Positions 33,239 to 44,411 of a stretch of DNA of 64,000 bases are shown piece by piece (the stretch's first letter is position 1; each line of letters begins with the position of its first letter). Made by a program: the position numbers and the translations under genes. Below the pieces are notes generated by a model. That model was not told the DNA's origin and made no database searches. It saw only the letters and a list, made by a program, of their open reading frames with translations. Source of the stretch: Candidatus Versatilivorator sp. (GTDB taxonomy: Bacteria > Acidobacteriota > Terriglobia > Versatilivoradales > Versatilivoraceae); contig OZ242296.1 of the NCBI GenBank assembly GCA_965207735.1, positions 5,200,215 through 5,264,214 on the forward strand. The letters run 5' to 3'.

Positions 33239-33548
33239 GGTGGTGAATCCGGAGGGAAAACTCCTGCGGCGGGGTTTGATAAGGCCAACAAAAACGCGGA
33301 ATTATAGACGAAATCCCCCGCCCTTGTCCATGGAGCGGGACCCGGTTCGCCCGGGAGGGGAAAACGGTCCCAGCCGCCGGTAGGCGATCAAATTTGCGTG
33401 ACTGGAGCGGGGATTATGGTAATATTTTTTTGAGGGTGTGCCGCCAGAGACGACCCCGAGGGTCGGGCCGGCCCAATGTGCATCTCGTTCCTTCCCGTCG
33501 CCAAACAGGGGTGGCGAGGATCGGCCTAACAGGGATGAAAGAGCAGCC

Positions 33549-34895
33549 ATGAATCCACTTGCGGAACAAAAGGGCCTGGTCGAGTTTCTGGAAGCTGCCT
33601 TGGAGGAGGCCAGGGGGCAATCGCCCGTTGACCCGCGGCAAATCCAGCGCTTGGAGGCTGAATTGGCCCAGGCCCGAAGCGATTTGTCGCGCCTGTCGTC
33701 TACGAGTGAAGGTCGGGACAAACAGACTCCGGCCGTGGCGGCGCCCTTCAGGGTGGCGACAACCTTGCAGCCCTGGTACCGGACCTTTTTCGGCAACCTG
33801 GCGTCGCTGTTCCTGCGTGAGGAAAAACAGTACGACATCACCGCTCGGCCGGTGGAAGCCAACCTGATGGTCGAAGACCGGGCCTGGGGTTCGGATTTCT
33901 GGTCCAACCTCAAATCCTATTTCGGTCGAGAGGAAAAAGACTACCGCATCACGGCGCAGCCGGTGGCCACCCACCTTCTGGTGGAGGATATCCCCTGGTA
34001 CCGCGCCATTTTTTCGGGAATCAAGGGGATCTTTGTCAAGGAAGAGCGGCGGGAGATCGAGGTGACCGCCCAGCCGGTCGAGGTTGCCGAGATCTTTCAA
34101 GACTACAAGATCCGCTCGAGTTCGTTCGTCCTTTCGGTAGCGGTGCAGTGTCTCTTCGTGACGGCCATCGTTTTCGTGCCGCTCCTGCTGATCAAGGACG
34201 TCCCATTGACGGCCAACGAGACCGAGATTTATTTCATGTCCAGGGTGAAGCTGGTTGCGCCCAGGCTGGGGCCCTCCGGCGGTGGGGGCGGGGGCGGATT
34301 GAAGGCTCCCAAGCCTCCTTCCAAGGGACGGCTTCCCAAGCCGTCCGACAAGCAGCTGACCCCGCCGACGCCCAGGATTCGCAACCCGAGGCCTCTGTTG
34401 CCGGTGGAACCGACCGTAATCGTTCCTCAACTGGCCCAACTGCCGGCCATCGACCTGCCCGACTACGGAGACCCGCTGGGGATTCCGGGTCCGCCTTCGC
34501 CGGGACCGGGAAGCGGCGGCGGCATCGGCACGGGTACCGGGACGGGTGTCGGACCTGGAGACGGCGCCGGGGTGGGGCCGGGCAAGGGCGGCGGCATCGG
34601 TGGGGGCGTCTTTCGGGTGGGCGGCGGTGTGACTCCTCCCACCGTGCTGAGCCGCATCGAACCTGTCTACTCCGAAGAGGCCAGAAAAGCCAAGTATCAG
34701 GGCGTGGTGGTTCTGTCGGCCATTGTGCGCAAGGACGGAAGCATCGAAATCCTGAAGGTCGTCCGCAGCCTGGGCTTGGGCCTGGACGAGAATGCCATCC
34801 GGGCTCTCAAGGCTTGGAGGTTTCGCCCCGGAATGAAGGGTGGGAAGCCGGTCGACGTGGCCTTGAACATCGAGGTCAACTTTTCTCTTCGTTAG
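33549..34895 (+). CDS. Energy transducer TonB family protein
   Basis: TM, Pro/Gly-rich linker, TonB_C 'EPVYSEEARKAKYQG...LGLGLDENAI'. Confidence 0.88.
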   Translation: MNPLAEQKGLVEFLEAALEEARGQSPVDPRQIQRLEAELAQARSDLSRLSSTSEGRDKQTPAVAAPFRVATTLQPWYRTFFGNLASLFLREEKQYDITARPVEANLMVEDRAWGSDFWSNLKSYFGREEKDYRITAQPVATHLLVEDIPWYRAIFSGIKGIFVKEERREIEVTAQPVEVAEIFQDYKIRSSSFVLSVAVQCLFVTAIVFVPLLLIKDVPLTANETEIYFMSRVKLVAPRLGPSGGGGGGGLKAPKPPSKGRLPKPSDKQLTPPTPRIRNPRPLLPVEPTVIVPQLAQLPAIDLPDYGDPLGIPGPPSPGPGSGGGIGTGTGTGVGPGDGAGVGPGKGGGIGGGVFRVGGGVTPPTVLSRIEPVYSEEARKAKYQGVVVLSAIVRKDGSIEILKVVRSLGLGLDENAIRALKAWRFRPGMKGGKPVDVALNIEVNFSLR

Positions 34896-35667
34896 CTGTC
34901 TGCCGTTTCCTCAGCAGTTTTCCAAATACAACTAATCCAATCCCGGAGGCAGCCAGGACGCCTGTTGGAACGGGTGCCTCTCCGACCAACCAGGCCACCG
35001 AGGCGGCGGCCTGCCAGTTGGACAGAGCCACCCCGCAGCCGTTGACGGTGAAATGGGCCAGGATGGCCGTCGTCAGGCTCCGGCTGCGGTGAACCATAAC
35101 GGCGAACAGGATGCCCGCCAGGCCGGCCGGCAGGATCAGGAGCAGATGACGGTGAAAAATGCCGAACAGCACCGCCGACACCATAATTGCCCGGGCCCGT
35201 GTTTCGGGTCCGAGCAGTTGATTCAGAATGAAACCGCGAAAGAGCAGTTCCTCGCATAGCGCCGGCAACAGAGCCATGGTCAGCAGAATCCAGGCCAGGT
35301 GCGGGCCCTGCAGCCAGCTTTGAGCCCTTTGCTGGAGTTCGGCCGCCTCGCCGCCCAGCTGACCCTGTAAATAGTGGACCGCTTCCAGCCATGGCACCAG
35401 GCACAATCCCAGCAGAATGGCAAGCCCTGCCTGGAAAGGGGAAATCGTTCTCAGTTGGAAGAGGGCTTGCCAGCGGAAACCGGCCAGTCTCGCGAACAGC
35501 AGCGGCGTCCCGGCCACGATCAGGATCTGCAAGGCGGCCGCCTGGGCTCGGGCGGTTTCGGAGACCTCCCGGGGAGCCAGCCAGGCCGAGACCGTCAATA
35601 CCCACAGGAACACCAGACCGACGCGCACCCCAGCGGGAACCGATTGCAATAGTCTTGCTTGAAACAC
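34876..35667 (-). CDS. CPBP family intramembrane metalloprotease
   Basis: EELLFRG, FGIFH, H-x3-N; start uncertain. Confidence 0.85.
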   Translation of the reverse strand: MFQARLLQSVPAGVRVGLVFLWVLTVSAWLAPREVSETARAQAAALQILIVAGTPLLFARLAGFRWQALFQLRTISPFQAGLAILLGLCLVPWLEAVHYLQGQLGGEAAELQQRAQSWLQGPHLAWILLTMALLPALCEELLFRGFILNQLLGPETRARAIMVSAVLFGIFHRHLLLILPAGLAGILFAVMVHRSRSLTTAILAHFTVNGCGVALSNWQAAASVAWLVGEAPVPTGVLAASGIGLVVFGKLLRKRQTANEEKS

Positions 35668-35726
35668 TCCTGCTTCACCCTGTATCAGCCACCCCGTCGT
35701 TTGGGACGGCGGCCCGGCCCGGTCAA

Positions 35727-35878
35727 AGTGGATAGAGGTTTGTGATTAGTGGATGGTTATTTGATCGATACGCATAGCATCTTGTCGATCTCGACGCAGT
35801 CTTTCAAAAAGCTCAACTTGGTCATCAAGGGCTCGCCTGTTCCCGAATCCCTCCACTCTCCACTCTCCACTCTTCACT
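35727..35878. repeat. R2 copy, preceded by a degenerate R1 short unit (35654-35720, minus strand)
   Basis: TATTTGATCGATACGCATAGCATCTTGTCG core; (CTCCACT)3CTTCAC end. Confidence 0.7.
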
Positions 35879-35937
35879 TGCCGACCGGATTGGCATTCGA
35901 ATGCCTTGGATCTACGACTGAAACGGTCCGATGTGGG

Positions 35938-36795
35938 CTACGGTTTCCCTGCCGGCTTGGAGAGAACCTCGGTTTCGCCGAACAGGTCGGGGTCCATGGG
36001 CTCGCCCAGGTCGGCGGCCGTGACGGTGATTTGCGAGGTGATTCCCGTCTTGCGGGAAACGACCTTGCCGGGGGAGCGGAGTCCCTGGACCTGGCTGTAC
36101 TTCAGATAGCGCACTTCTCCCCGAAAAATCCCGGTGCCGGTCCTGGTGGCCCGCTCAATCTCATACTCATACTTTTCGATCAGCCGGGTATCGCGGTCGA
36201 TCGAGAGTCTGCCCCGAATGTATTCGCCGTCCACGAATCCCGAGACCTCCAGTTGGTCCAGGGATCGTCCTTCCTCGGTGATGCGGGAAACGTAGCGGTA
36301 CCTCGAGAAGATCAGCAGCAGCAAATCGGGGCGCAGCAGGGAGAGGGTCTCGTTCCTCAGAGGAGAAATCTCCTTGACGGGTCGGGCCAACCGGGTTCCG
36401 GTCACTTCGACCCAACCGCGGTTCCCGCTGAGAACCGTGACTACCGTAAGGTCGCCGTCCCGGACCTCGGACCGGAATCGGTCGGAATCGTCGAAATAGA
36501 CCTTGACGGACAGGGGCTTGGAATCGGGCTGGGAAGTGGATTGGACCCGGTACTCGAAAAGGAACGAGCTGAGAGAAAGGATCCTGGACTTACCGCCGTA
36601 GGCCCGGAGGGATTTTTCCACCAGGGCCTGACCCGGCGTGGTTGCCGGTGCCGTCCTGCCGCCGTCGTCGGCTGAAACGGCTGTCGGCTGAACGATAGAG
36701 ATCGCGGTGAGACTCAAGCCGATCAGCAGCGCCCGCAGGGGACGGGAAGGGGGCGCTGCAGGCAAGTCCGGCCCCCGCCCTGGTGGGCGGATCAT
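35938..36795 (-). CDS. Hypothetical exported beta-rich protein
   Basis: Signal peptide, 'LVEKSLRAYGG' motif; start overlaps R1 and is uncertain. Confidence 0.7.
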   Translation of the reverse strand: MIRPPGRGPDLPAAPPSRPLRALLIGLSLTAISIVQPTAVSADDGGRTAPATTPGQALVEKSLRAYGGKSRILSLSSFLFEYRVQSTSQPDSKPLSVKVYFDDSDRFRSEVRDGDLTVVTVLSGNRGWVEVTGTRLARPVKEISPLRNETLSLLRPDLLLLIFSRYRYVSRITEEGRSLDQLEVSGFVDGEYIRGRLSIDRDTRLIEKYEYEIERATRTGTGIFRGEVRYLKYSQVQGLRSPGKVVSRKTGITSQITVTAADLGEPMDPDLFGETEVLSKPAGKP

Positions 36796-37299
36796 ACGAG
36801 AGTGAATCAATCGGAAATCGATAATCTTTTCGCGATCTTGGTATCCCGTCACGGTTAGCCTCAACGCCTTAGCGGCCCTTCGTGGATAACTCTTTTCCCT
36901 TTTGTCTTTGTCTTTTGTCGTTTGTTTCAGGCAAGTCCCGCCCCCGCCCTGGTGTGCGGATCATACATAGAGTGAAACAATCAGAAATCGATCAACCCTT
37001 CGCGAACTTGGTACCCCGTCGCGGCCAACCTCAGCGCCTTAGTGTCCCTTCGTCGTTCTTCGTGCCCCTTCGTGGATAAGTCTTTTTTCTTTTGTCTTTT
37101 TCGGTTGTTTCAGACAAGCCGGGCCCCTGCCCTGTCGGGCGGATCATACGAGAGTGAAACAAACAGAAATCGATCAACCCTTCGTGAACTTGGTATCCCG
37201 TCGCGGTTAACCTCAGCGCCTTAGTGCCCCTTCGTCGTTCTTCGTGCCCCTTCGTGGAAATGTCTTTTTCTTTTGTCTTTTTAGGTTGTTTCAGACAAG
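36758..37299 (+). repeat. R1 array, three tandem long units (~169, 183, 181 bp)
   Basis: Boundaries at ~36758, 36927, 37110, 37291. Confidence 0.92.
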
Positions 37300-37326
37300 G
37301 GGGCGGCAGGTTGGGAGGAACCGAGA

Positions 37327-38259
37327 CTAGTTGGACCGCGCATAGTAACCCTTTCTGGCCTTGACCCTTAGGCCCTTCTTGTTTGGAAGTCTCACCTTGA
37401 TGGAACGATAGCTTCCATCGCGCTCTTGGTTGGAAGACTGGTAGGTCAGCAGGTACTGGCTGCGCAACTCGGTCTCGATGGCATCGAAGGCTCTTCTGAA
37501 TTTCTGAGGTCTGTTGGGGAAGAATGCCGTTCCCCCGGTCGCGCGGGAGTACTTCTTCAAAGCCCCGGAGTTGCCGTAGGCCCTCCTGTAGAATCCCCCG
37601 ATCTGGTTGGATATGGCGTAGATTACCGTGTCGGCCCGCTGGGCCGACTCGATGGCCTCACGGATTTTCAGTTTGCTGGTGGTGTCTCCTCCGTCGCTGA
37701 TCAGCACGATCGCCTTGCGCCCCGACTCGTGCCGCAGCTTTTCGTCGCAGGCCAGAAAGACGGCATCGTGGAGGGAAGTGCCTCCGCCGATGGCCAGCAA
37801 CCCCACGGCCTTCTCCAGCAAGTCCAGGCTGTTGGTGAAGTCCTGAATCAGGGAAACGCTGCGGTCGAAGTTCATGATCATGGCAAGGTCGTTCTTATTC
37901 AGGACCGTCCTCAAGAACTCGACGGCGGCTCGTTGCTCCAGAGGCAGGATGTCCTGGACGCTGGGACTTGTGTCGATGAGAATGCCCAGGGTGAGGGGTA
38001 GAGCGACCTCCCTGGAAAAATGGGTGATGGACTGTTTCACGCCATCTTCCTCGATCCTGAAGTCCTGGCGTTTCAAGTCGGTCACGAATTGCCCCTGCCT
38101 GGATTGAACGGTGCAGAGAACGTTGACCAGGTTCACGTCGATTCGCAGGGTGGTCTGTTCTTGCTGCGGACTGGAAGCCGGGCTTGAGAGAACCGCTGCC
38201 CCAAGGAAAGCCAGAGCCAGGGCCGTCGCCATCGCATGCAGATTGGATCGTCGTTTCAT
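37327..38259 (-). CDS. VWFA-related Acidobacterial domain protein
   Basis: DTSPS, GGGTSLHDAV, SDGGDT, ARKGYYA. Confidence 0.88.
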   Translation of the reverse strand: MKRRSNLHAMATALALAFLGAAVLSSPASSPQQEQTTLRIDVNLVNVLCTVQSRQGQFVTDLKRQDFRIEEDGVKQSITHFSREVALPLTLGILIDTSPSVQDILPLEQRAAVEFLRTVLNKNDLAMIMNFDRSVSLIQDFTNSLDLLEKAVGLLAIGGGTSLHDAVFLACDEKLRHESGRKAIVLISDGGDTTSKLKIREAIESAQRADTVIYAISNQIGGFYRRAYGNSGALKKYSRATGGTAFFPNRPQKFRRAFDAIETELRSQYLLTYQSSNQERDGSYRSIKVRLPNKKGLRVKARKGYYARSN

Positions 38260-38444
38260 TCTTTGCCGGTTTCAATCAGCGTTCTCATGGCTAGAATTAT
38301 AGGGGAGAGCCGGCCCGGGGTAAACGTGGCGGCCGGAATGAACGGATCCAGCCAGGCGGCCATGCCGGGGAGCGGCCGCACGAGAGGGTGCGCTGCCCAA
38401 TGGGAGCGGTTATCCCCTTGACTATCATCTACAGGAATTCATCC

Positions 38445-39326
38445 ATGGGGACGCAGCCTCTTGGCCGGGTAGGAATCGCGGGAGCCGGAACCATGGGGCG
38501 GGGAATTGCCCAGGTCTTTGCCCAACGGGGCTGGAGGGTGGTTCTGAGCGACCCGGCCCAGGCGCAGCTGTCGTCCGCCATGGACTCGATCTCCCGGGGG
38601 ATGGATCGAGAAGTGAGCAAGGCACGGATGGCTCAGGCCGAGAAGGAAGCCGCGCTCGGCAGGGTTGAGGCGGTCTCGGAACTGAGCCCGATGGAGTCGG
38701 TGGACCTGGTGGTTGAGGCCGTCAGTGAGAGCTTCCCGGTCAAGCAGGAGGTCTTTGGGCGCCTTGATCGGATCTGCCGCCCCGGGGTGATCCTGGCCTC
38801 CAACACTTCTTCCATCTCCATCGCCCGTCTGGCGTCCGCCTCCGGGCGTCCACGAGAAACCGTGGGAATGCATTTCATGAATCCCGTGCCCGTGATGGAA
38901 CTGGTCGAGGTGGTTCGCGGGCCGGAGACTTCCAGGCAAACGCTTTCGGCCATCCACCGGATCGTCAAGGGGCTGGGCAAGACGCCGGTTGAGGTGAACG
39001 ATTCTCCGGGGTTCGTTTCCAATCGGGTTTTGATGCCCATGATCAATGAAGCCGCCTTCTGTGTCCACGAGGGTGTGGGGACGGCGGAGAACGTGGATTC
39101 CATCATGCGAATGGGGATGAATCATCCCATGGGCCCGCTGGCTCTGGCCGACCTGATTGGGCTTGATGTTTGTCTGGATATCATGGAAACTCTCTACGAT
39201 GGCTTCAGGGACTCCAAGTACCGGCCCTGTCCATTGCTGAAGAGCATGGTGTCGGCCGGACACCTGGGGCGCAAGACGGGACGGGGGTTCTATCGCTATG
39301 GCCGGCGAGTCCAAGGGGACTCGTGA
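38445..39326 (+). CDS. 3-hydroxybutyryl-CoA dehydrogenase
   Basis: GAGTMGRGIA, SNTSS, GMHFMNP, HPMGPL. Confidence 0.93.
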   Translation: MGTQPLGRVGIAGAGTMGRGIAQVFAQRGWRVVLSDPAQAQLSSAMDSISRGMDREVSKARMAQAEKEAALGRVEAVSELSPMESVDLVVEAVSESFPVKQEVFGRLDRICRPGVILASNTSSISIARLASASGRPRETVGMHFMNPVPVMELVEVVRGPETSRQTLSAIHRIVKGLGKTPVEVNDSPGFVSNRVLMPMINEAAFCVHEGVGTAENVDSIMRMGMNHPMGPLALADLIGLDVCLDIMETLYDGFRDSKYRPCPLLKSMVSAGHLGRKTGRGFYRYGRRVQGDS

Positions 39327-39398
39327 GCCCTCCTGGCCATGGCAGGACCTGAATCATTGAACGTCAGGATAAACAAAGAGCAAACCAGGAGGGAATCC

Positions 39399-40475
39399 AT
39401 GGCGGAAGCAAGCGGAGAACGGAGTCGGGCCATCGATCTGGCTCTGTCCCAAATCGAGAAGCAGTTCGGCAAGGGATCGATCATGCGGCTGGGAAGCCGC
39501 GCAACCGTGGCCAACATCGGCGTGATCGCTACCGGGTCCTTGTCCTTTGACGCCGCTCTGGGCGTGGGTGGCATGCCTCGAGGGCGGGTAGTCGAGATTT
39601 TCGGTCCCGAATCCAGCGGCAAGACCACGCTGGCCCTTCACCTGATCGCCGAGGCTCAGAAAAAAGGAGGCATGGCTGCTTTCGTCGATGCCGAGCATGC
39701 CCTGGACGCCGCTTATTCTCGCAAACTTGGCGTGGATGTGGAGAACCTGCTGGTTTCCCAACCGGATAGCGGAGAACAGGCGCTCGAGATCGCTGAAATG
39801 CTGGTGCGCAGTGGTGGGCTGGATGTTTGCGTGGTCGATTCGGTGGCTGCCCTGGTGCCCAGAGCCGAGTTGTCGGGTGAAATGGGAGACTCCCACATGG
39901 GGCTGCAGGCCAGGCTCATGTCCCAGGCTCTGCGCAAGTTGACCGGAATTGTCGCCAAATCCAAGACCTGTCTGGTTTTTATCAACCAGATTCGGGAGAA
40001 GATCGGGGTCATGTTCGGCAACCCCGAAACCACCACCGGCGGGAGGGCCTTGAAGTTCTATGCCTCGGTTCGGGTGGATGTGCGGCGGGTTGGCGCCATT
40101 CGGGACGGCGACACCTTCAAGGGCAGCCGAACCAAGGTCAAGGTGGTCAAAAACAAGGTGGCTCCTCCCTTTCGGGAAGCCGAGTTCGATATCATCTACG
40201 GGCTGGGCATTTCCAAGGAAGGGGACCTGCTGGACCTGGGTGTGAGCCAGGGCCTCATCGAAAAAAGCGGCGCCTGGTACTCGATCCAGGGAGAACGGAT
40301 GGGCCAGGGCCGCGACAACGCCCGCCAGTTTCTGCAGGACCACGGCGATGTCCGAGCCCGGCTTGAAGAGGCGCTTTGCCAGGCGCTGGAGATCCCGGCG
40401 GCTTCCCCAGCCGGGAACGGCCAGCCGGCCGCGGCCGATCGGACACCCGCAAGATCGGCGCCGCGCCGGAAATGA
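39399..40475 (+). CDS. recA: Recombinase RecA
   Basis: [29 protein letters not shown]. Confidence 0.99.
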   Translation: MAEASGERSRAIDLALSQIEKQFGKGSIMRLGSRATVANIGVIATGSLSFDAALGVGGMPRGRVVEIFGPESSGKTTLALHLIAEAQKKGGMAAFVDAEHALDAAYSRKLGVDVENLLVSQPDSGEQALEIAEMLVRSGGLDVCVVDSVAALVPRAELSGEMGDSHMGLQARLMSQALRKLTGIVAKSKTCLVFINQIREKIGVMFGNPETTTGGRALKFYASVRVDVRRVGAIRDGDTFKGSRTKVKVVKNKVAPPFREAEFDIIYGLGISKEGDLLDLGVSQGLIEKSGAWYSIQGERMGQGRDNARQFLQDHGDVRARLEEALCQALEIPAASPAGNGQPAAADRTPARSAPRRK

Positions 40476-41983
40476 ATCCAGCGATTCTCCGAAATCGAAT
40501 TCCCATCGCCCTGGGGTTGTTGATCAGTTCCGGGCTGCTGGCGCAGTTCTCTGCTTGCCTGCGGGTCAAGGACGCCGGTGAGCATTCCCGTCACCTGCTC
40601 CTGGACGACCGAGTGGTGGCGCAGGAGCAGAATGTCCGCCTGGAGGTCGGAGCAATCGAGAAGCATGAGGCCAATCCTCTGATGAAGGAGGACAAGCCTT
40701 GGGAACCCCGCTTCGACAATCTCTACCCCAACATCGTCTATGACCGGGAACGCAAACTCTACCGCTGCTGGTACAACCCCTTCATCGCCGACCCCCTGGT
40801 TACCGAGACCCCCCGTGACCGGAGGGACCTGAACCCGCTGGCCCCCGAAGATTCCCCCGACCGGCAGGGCAAGGTGCCCTACCTTCCCTATGAGCGGGAG
40901 TTCGGTCTCTGTTACGCCACCAGCGAGGACGGGCTGGCATGGACCAAGCCCGAGTTGAACCTGGTGGAGTTTCAGGGCAACAAGGCCAACAACCTGTTGC
41001 TGCGTGGGTCGCACGGCGCCGGCATCCTTATCGACCCTCACGATCCGGACCCGGAGCGGCGCTACAAGATGTTCGAAGGAGGAAAGTGGATCAAGGAGTG
41101 GCAGTCACGCCCGGCTGTGCGGTTTTCCCCGGACGGCCTGCGCTGGGGCGAGTCTTTCCCCGTACCCGAGATCGAGGCTCATGCCGACACCCACAACAGC
41201 ACCCGTTGGGTCCCCGAACTGAAGAAGTATGTCACCATGACCCGAATTCACCGGGGCAAGCCCTTTTTCCGCCACCCCGCGGGCCAGCGGGTGGTGGGGC
41301 GAACCGAGAGCTCCGATTTCATGAAATGGAGCAAGGCGGTGGAAGTCCTGCGCGGCGATCCCGAAAATCAGGTTTACGCCATGCCCTTCTTTCGCTACGG
41401 GGATGTTTACCTGGGTCTGCTCATGATTATTCGATTGAGCGAGGAGCGGGTCCATTGCGAGCTGGCCTGGAGCCCCGACTCCATTCGCTGGGAGCGGATC
41501 AGCCCGGGAACTCCCTTCATTCCCAATGCCGCGGTGAAGGGCCAGTACGACTGGGGGTGCGTGTATGCCGCTGACGCACCCGTGGTGATGGAAGACCGAA
41601 TCCGCATCTACTACGCCGGTTCCAACGGGCATCATCGCTATTGGCGGGATGGTTTTCTCTGCCTGGCCACGCTGCGTCCGGATGGCTGGGCGGGCTACGT
41701 GCCCGTCGACCCCAATCGGAAGGGCGTGGTGGCCACCCGCCCGCTGACCTGGCGCGGTCGCTTGCACTTGACCGCGGACGCTACCGGCGGTTCGGTTCAG
41801 GTTACCGTCCTGGATGACCAGGGAGGAATTCTGGCGGAAGCGCAGCCCCTGAAGGGAGAGGTCACCGACGGGGAAGTGATGGCCGAGACTTCCGGCGGGA
41901 TGGGCGATCTGGAGGGCCGGTCGGTGGTGCTGAAGTTTGTGCTGGATCAGGCCAAACTCTACTCATTTGTCTTCAAGGAGTAG
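40472..41983 (+). CDS. Glycoside hydrolase-like beta-propeller protein
   Basis: [18 protein letters not shown] Asp-box-like repeats, LATLRPDG. Confidence 0.7.
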   Translation: MNPAILRNRIPIALGLLISSGLLAQFSACLRVKDAGEHSRHLLLDDRVVAQEQNVRLEVGAIEKHEANPLMKEDKPWEPRFDNLYPNIVYDRERKLYRCWYNPFIADPLVTETPRDRRDLNPLAPEDSPDRQGKVPYLPYEREFGLCYATSEDGLAWTKPELNLVEFQGNKANNLLLRGSHGAGILIDPHDPDPERRYKMFEGGKWIKEWQSRPAVRFSPDGLRWGESFPVPEIEAHADTHNSTRWVPELKKYVTMTRIHRGKPFFRHPAGQRVVGRTESSDFMKWSKAVEVLRGDPENQVYAMPFFRYGDVYLGLLMIIRLSEERVHCELAWSPDSIRWERISPGTPFIPNAAVKGQYDWGCVYAADAPVVMEDRIRIYYAGSNGHHRYWRDGFLCLATLRPDGWAGYVPVDPNRKGVVATRPLTWRGRLHLTADATGGSVQVTVLDDQGGILAEAQPLKGEVTDGEVMAETSGGMGDLEGRSVVLKFVLDQAKLYSFVFKE

Positions 41984-42181
41984 TGAGGCGCTGCGTTTGC
42001 CCCCCTCCGGCTCGACCGCGGGCTGCGCCCATTGGTAGTGTTTGAAATAGGACAATTCTGGTACAGGCTTCAATAATAGCTTCCCTCCCCAAACCACCGC
42101 CCCTCCAAATTCACGACAACTCCGCACACTCCGATCCAAGAGCGCTCTGCGGCTGAGAAATTCGGGCATAGCTGCAAGGCT

Positions 42182-43075
42182 TCAGGGCGTTGGCGCCAAC
42201 ATGGAAATGGGGATAGGTGGAAAGGAGAGGATCAGGAAAAGGATGGCCAGCAGGCCCAATGCAAAGCGGCGAGGTCCGATGGGAAGATGCTCGTTCATCG
42301 TCGGCGGATGGCGAAGCCGGGTGAGCAGGTAGACCAGCACCAGAAAGAGAAGCCAGGGAGGCTGGAACAAGACGGCAAACAGGGTGAATGCGAAAAAGAC
42401 CAGGTGGTAGATGAGGGAGCTTCTGCGGTGAAACAGGGAATAAATGATATGGCCTCCGTCCAGCTGACCCATGGGCAGGAGGTTGAGAGCGGTGACGAAG
42501 AGTCCGGCCCATCCGGCAGTGGCCAGGGGATGAAGCTGAAGGCCGCTGGTCGGAGCCAGTGGTCCGTGAATCCATTCGATGAGAAGTGCGAACAGGATTG
42601 ACGGTCCCAGAAAGGTTTCGCCGGCAGGCACGGAATCGAGAGAAGTTACGGTGGACCAGGCAATCCCCAGAACGGCCACGGGCAGTGCCAGAATCAGCCC
42701 CATGGCGGGTCCCATGATGGCGATGTCGAACAGGGCCTTGCGGTGGGGGATGCGTCCTCCCATCTTGATGACGGCGCCGAAGGTCCCGAAGGGCGGCAGT
42801 GGAGAGGGGATGAAGTAGGGAAGGGAGGCCGCAACCCGGTAGTGGCGGGCCGTGAGGTAGTGGCCCATCTCGTGACAGAGCAGAATCAGAATCAGGCTGG
42901 CGGAGTAAAGCACCCCACCGGCGAGGCCGTATTCCAGGGCGCCCACCGCCGAGGTGGTGATCAGGGTCAGAACGAACAATGCCGGGGGCAGCCACAGGCC
43001 TTTCCTTGCCGGAGTGTCAATTGGAGGAGCCGATTCCGGAGGAGAGGGCAGGGAGTGGGGCGAGGCATCTGCCAT
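42182..43075 (-). CDS. Site-2 protease (M50)
   Basis: HEMGH, NLLPMGQLDGGH. Confidence 0.92.
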   Translation of the reverse strand: MADASPHSLPSPPESAPPIDTPARKGLWLPPALFVLTLITTSAVGALEYGLAGGVLYSASLILILLCHEMGHYLTARHYRVAASLPYFIPSPLPPFGTFGAVIKMGGRIPHRKALFDIAIMGPAMGLILALPVAVLGIAWSTVTSLDSVPAGETFLGPSILFALLIEWIHGPLAPTSGLQLHPLATAGWAGLFVTALNLLPMGQLDGGHIIYSLFHRRSSLIYHLVFFAFTLFAVLFQPPWLLFLVLVYLLTRLRHPPTMNEHLPIGPRRFALGLLAILFLILSFPPIPISMLAPTP

Positions 43076-43117
43076 GGGGCGAATGGAGAATCGAAGCGGC
43101 AACAGGGTGTCTTGAGA

Positions 43118-43504
43118 CTAGAGACGCGTCAACAGGTCTCTCACCCGGGTTTCAATGAGATCCCGAATCGTCCTGAACTCCTCCGGAGGCATCGATTTCG
43201 GGTCCGGAATTTCCCAGTCCTCCCGGTGTCTTGCCACTACCGCCGGACAGGAGTCGCCGCAACCCATGGTCACCGCGACAGCGAATTCGGTGGGGGGAAT
43301 CTCATCCAGCGACTGGGAGCGATGGCTGCTGAGGTCGTACCCCAACTCCGCCATGGATTGAATGGCCGCGGGATTGATCCTGCCCGAGGGGCGCGAGCCG
43401 GCGCTGTAGGCTTCGACGCTGCCCTGACCATGGATGCGGGCGAAGGCTTCGGCCATCTGGCTGCGGTTGGAGTTCTCGATGCACACGAAGAGAACCCGCT
43501 TCAC
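43118..43504 (-). CDS. arsC: LMW-PTP-fold arsenate reductase
   Basis: GTG start; VLFVCIENSNRSQMAE, MGCGDSCP, WEIPDP. Confidence 0.85.
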   Translation of the reverse strand: MKRVLFVCIENSNRSQMAEAFARIHGQGSVEAYSAGSRPSGRINPAAIQSMAELGYDLSSHRSQSLDEIPPTEFAVAVTMGCGDSCPAVVARHREDWEIPDPKSMPPEEFRTIRDLIETRVRDLLTRL

Positions 43505-43530
43505 ATCCGACCCTGATAACGGGGCGCTTG

Positions 43531-44211
43531 TCAACAGGCGGTCTCCTTTCGGGCCGGGCCGCAGCACCCCTCGCCCTGCACACAGCGGCAGGCGCCGACC
43601 GCCGCCAGGGCTCCCAGGACCGGGGCCGCCAGGTAGACCCAGAGATGGCTCAGTTGTCCGGTCATCAATGCCGGAGCCAGGGAGCGGGCCGGATTCATGG
43701 AGGCTCCTGAAATCGGACCGGCAAACAGGGCCTCCAGGGCGATCACCGAACCTATGGCCACACCGGCCATGAGTCCCTTTTCCTTGGAACCCGAGGACAC
43801 GCTCAGGATCACGAACATCAGGAACCAGGCGAGGATGATCTCCAGAACGAACGACTGATAGGCGGGCCCCGAGGGCCGGGTGACGCCCAGGGTGAGATGG
43901 TTGCCGAACAGCAGGCGGAGGATTCCGCTGGCCAGCAACGCTCCCAGGCACTGGCTCAGGATATAGGGCAACACCCAGCTTCTTTCCAGGCGCCCGGCGA
44001 ACCAGAAGCCCAGGGTTACCGCGGGATTGATGTGTGCGCCGGAGACGTTTCCAATGGCATAGATGGTGGCCAGTACCACCAGCCCGAAGGTCAGGGCAAT
44101 GCCCACGTGGGAGACGACGCCCCCGCTCACTTCGTTAATGGTGATCGCCCCGGTTCCGGCAAACACCAGGGCAAAGGTTCCGAAGCATTCCGCCAGTAGT
44201 CGCTGCAGCAT
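43531..44211 (-). CDS. Aquaporin/MIP channel (AqpS-like)
   Basis: SGAHINPA, SMNPARS. Confidence 0.93.
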   Translation of the reverse strand: MLQRLLAECFGTFALVFAGTGAITINEVSGGVVSHVGIALTFGLVVLATIYAIGNVSGAHINPAVTLGFWFAGRLERSWVLPYILSQCLGALLASGILRLLFGNHLTLGVTRPSGPAYQSFVLEIILAWFLMFVILSVSSGSKEKGLMAGVAIGSVIALEALFAGPISGASMNPARSLAPALMTGQLSHLWVYLAAPVLGALAAVGACRCVQGEGCCGPARKETAC

Positions 44212-44411
44212 GACTCGCCCCACATTCCTGTTCTCGCCGCCAGCACTCTAACGAAAATCCACGGATTCCGGAAGACCCTTTGCAGTGAATCCGCGGGTTG
44301 GAAAATCGCGGCGCCGCCCAACAACCGGGAAGTAACTTATAATGGCGTCGTTGAAGAACTCCGGGGCAACCCAGCCCCGGCGTTTTGGCTGGAGGCTGAC
44401 GGAGGCCGCCG

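Noticed and set aside
30908-33307. Long antisense ORFs (e.g. 799 aa opposite ileS, 678 aa opposite ligA, 724 aa opposite pilB)
   Set aside because: Typical high-GC shadow ORFs of well-supported genes.
36758-37299. R1 tandem arrays as CRISPR arrays
   Set aside because: Whole ~183-bp units are homologous, with no unique spacers and no cas genes.
39359-39386. LexA box upstream of recA
   Set aside because: Only AAAC-N7-AAAC or GAAC-N8-AAAC, an imperfect match to GAAC-N7-GAAC.
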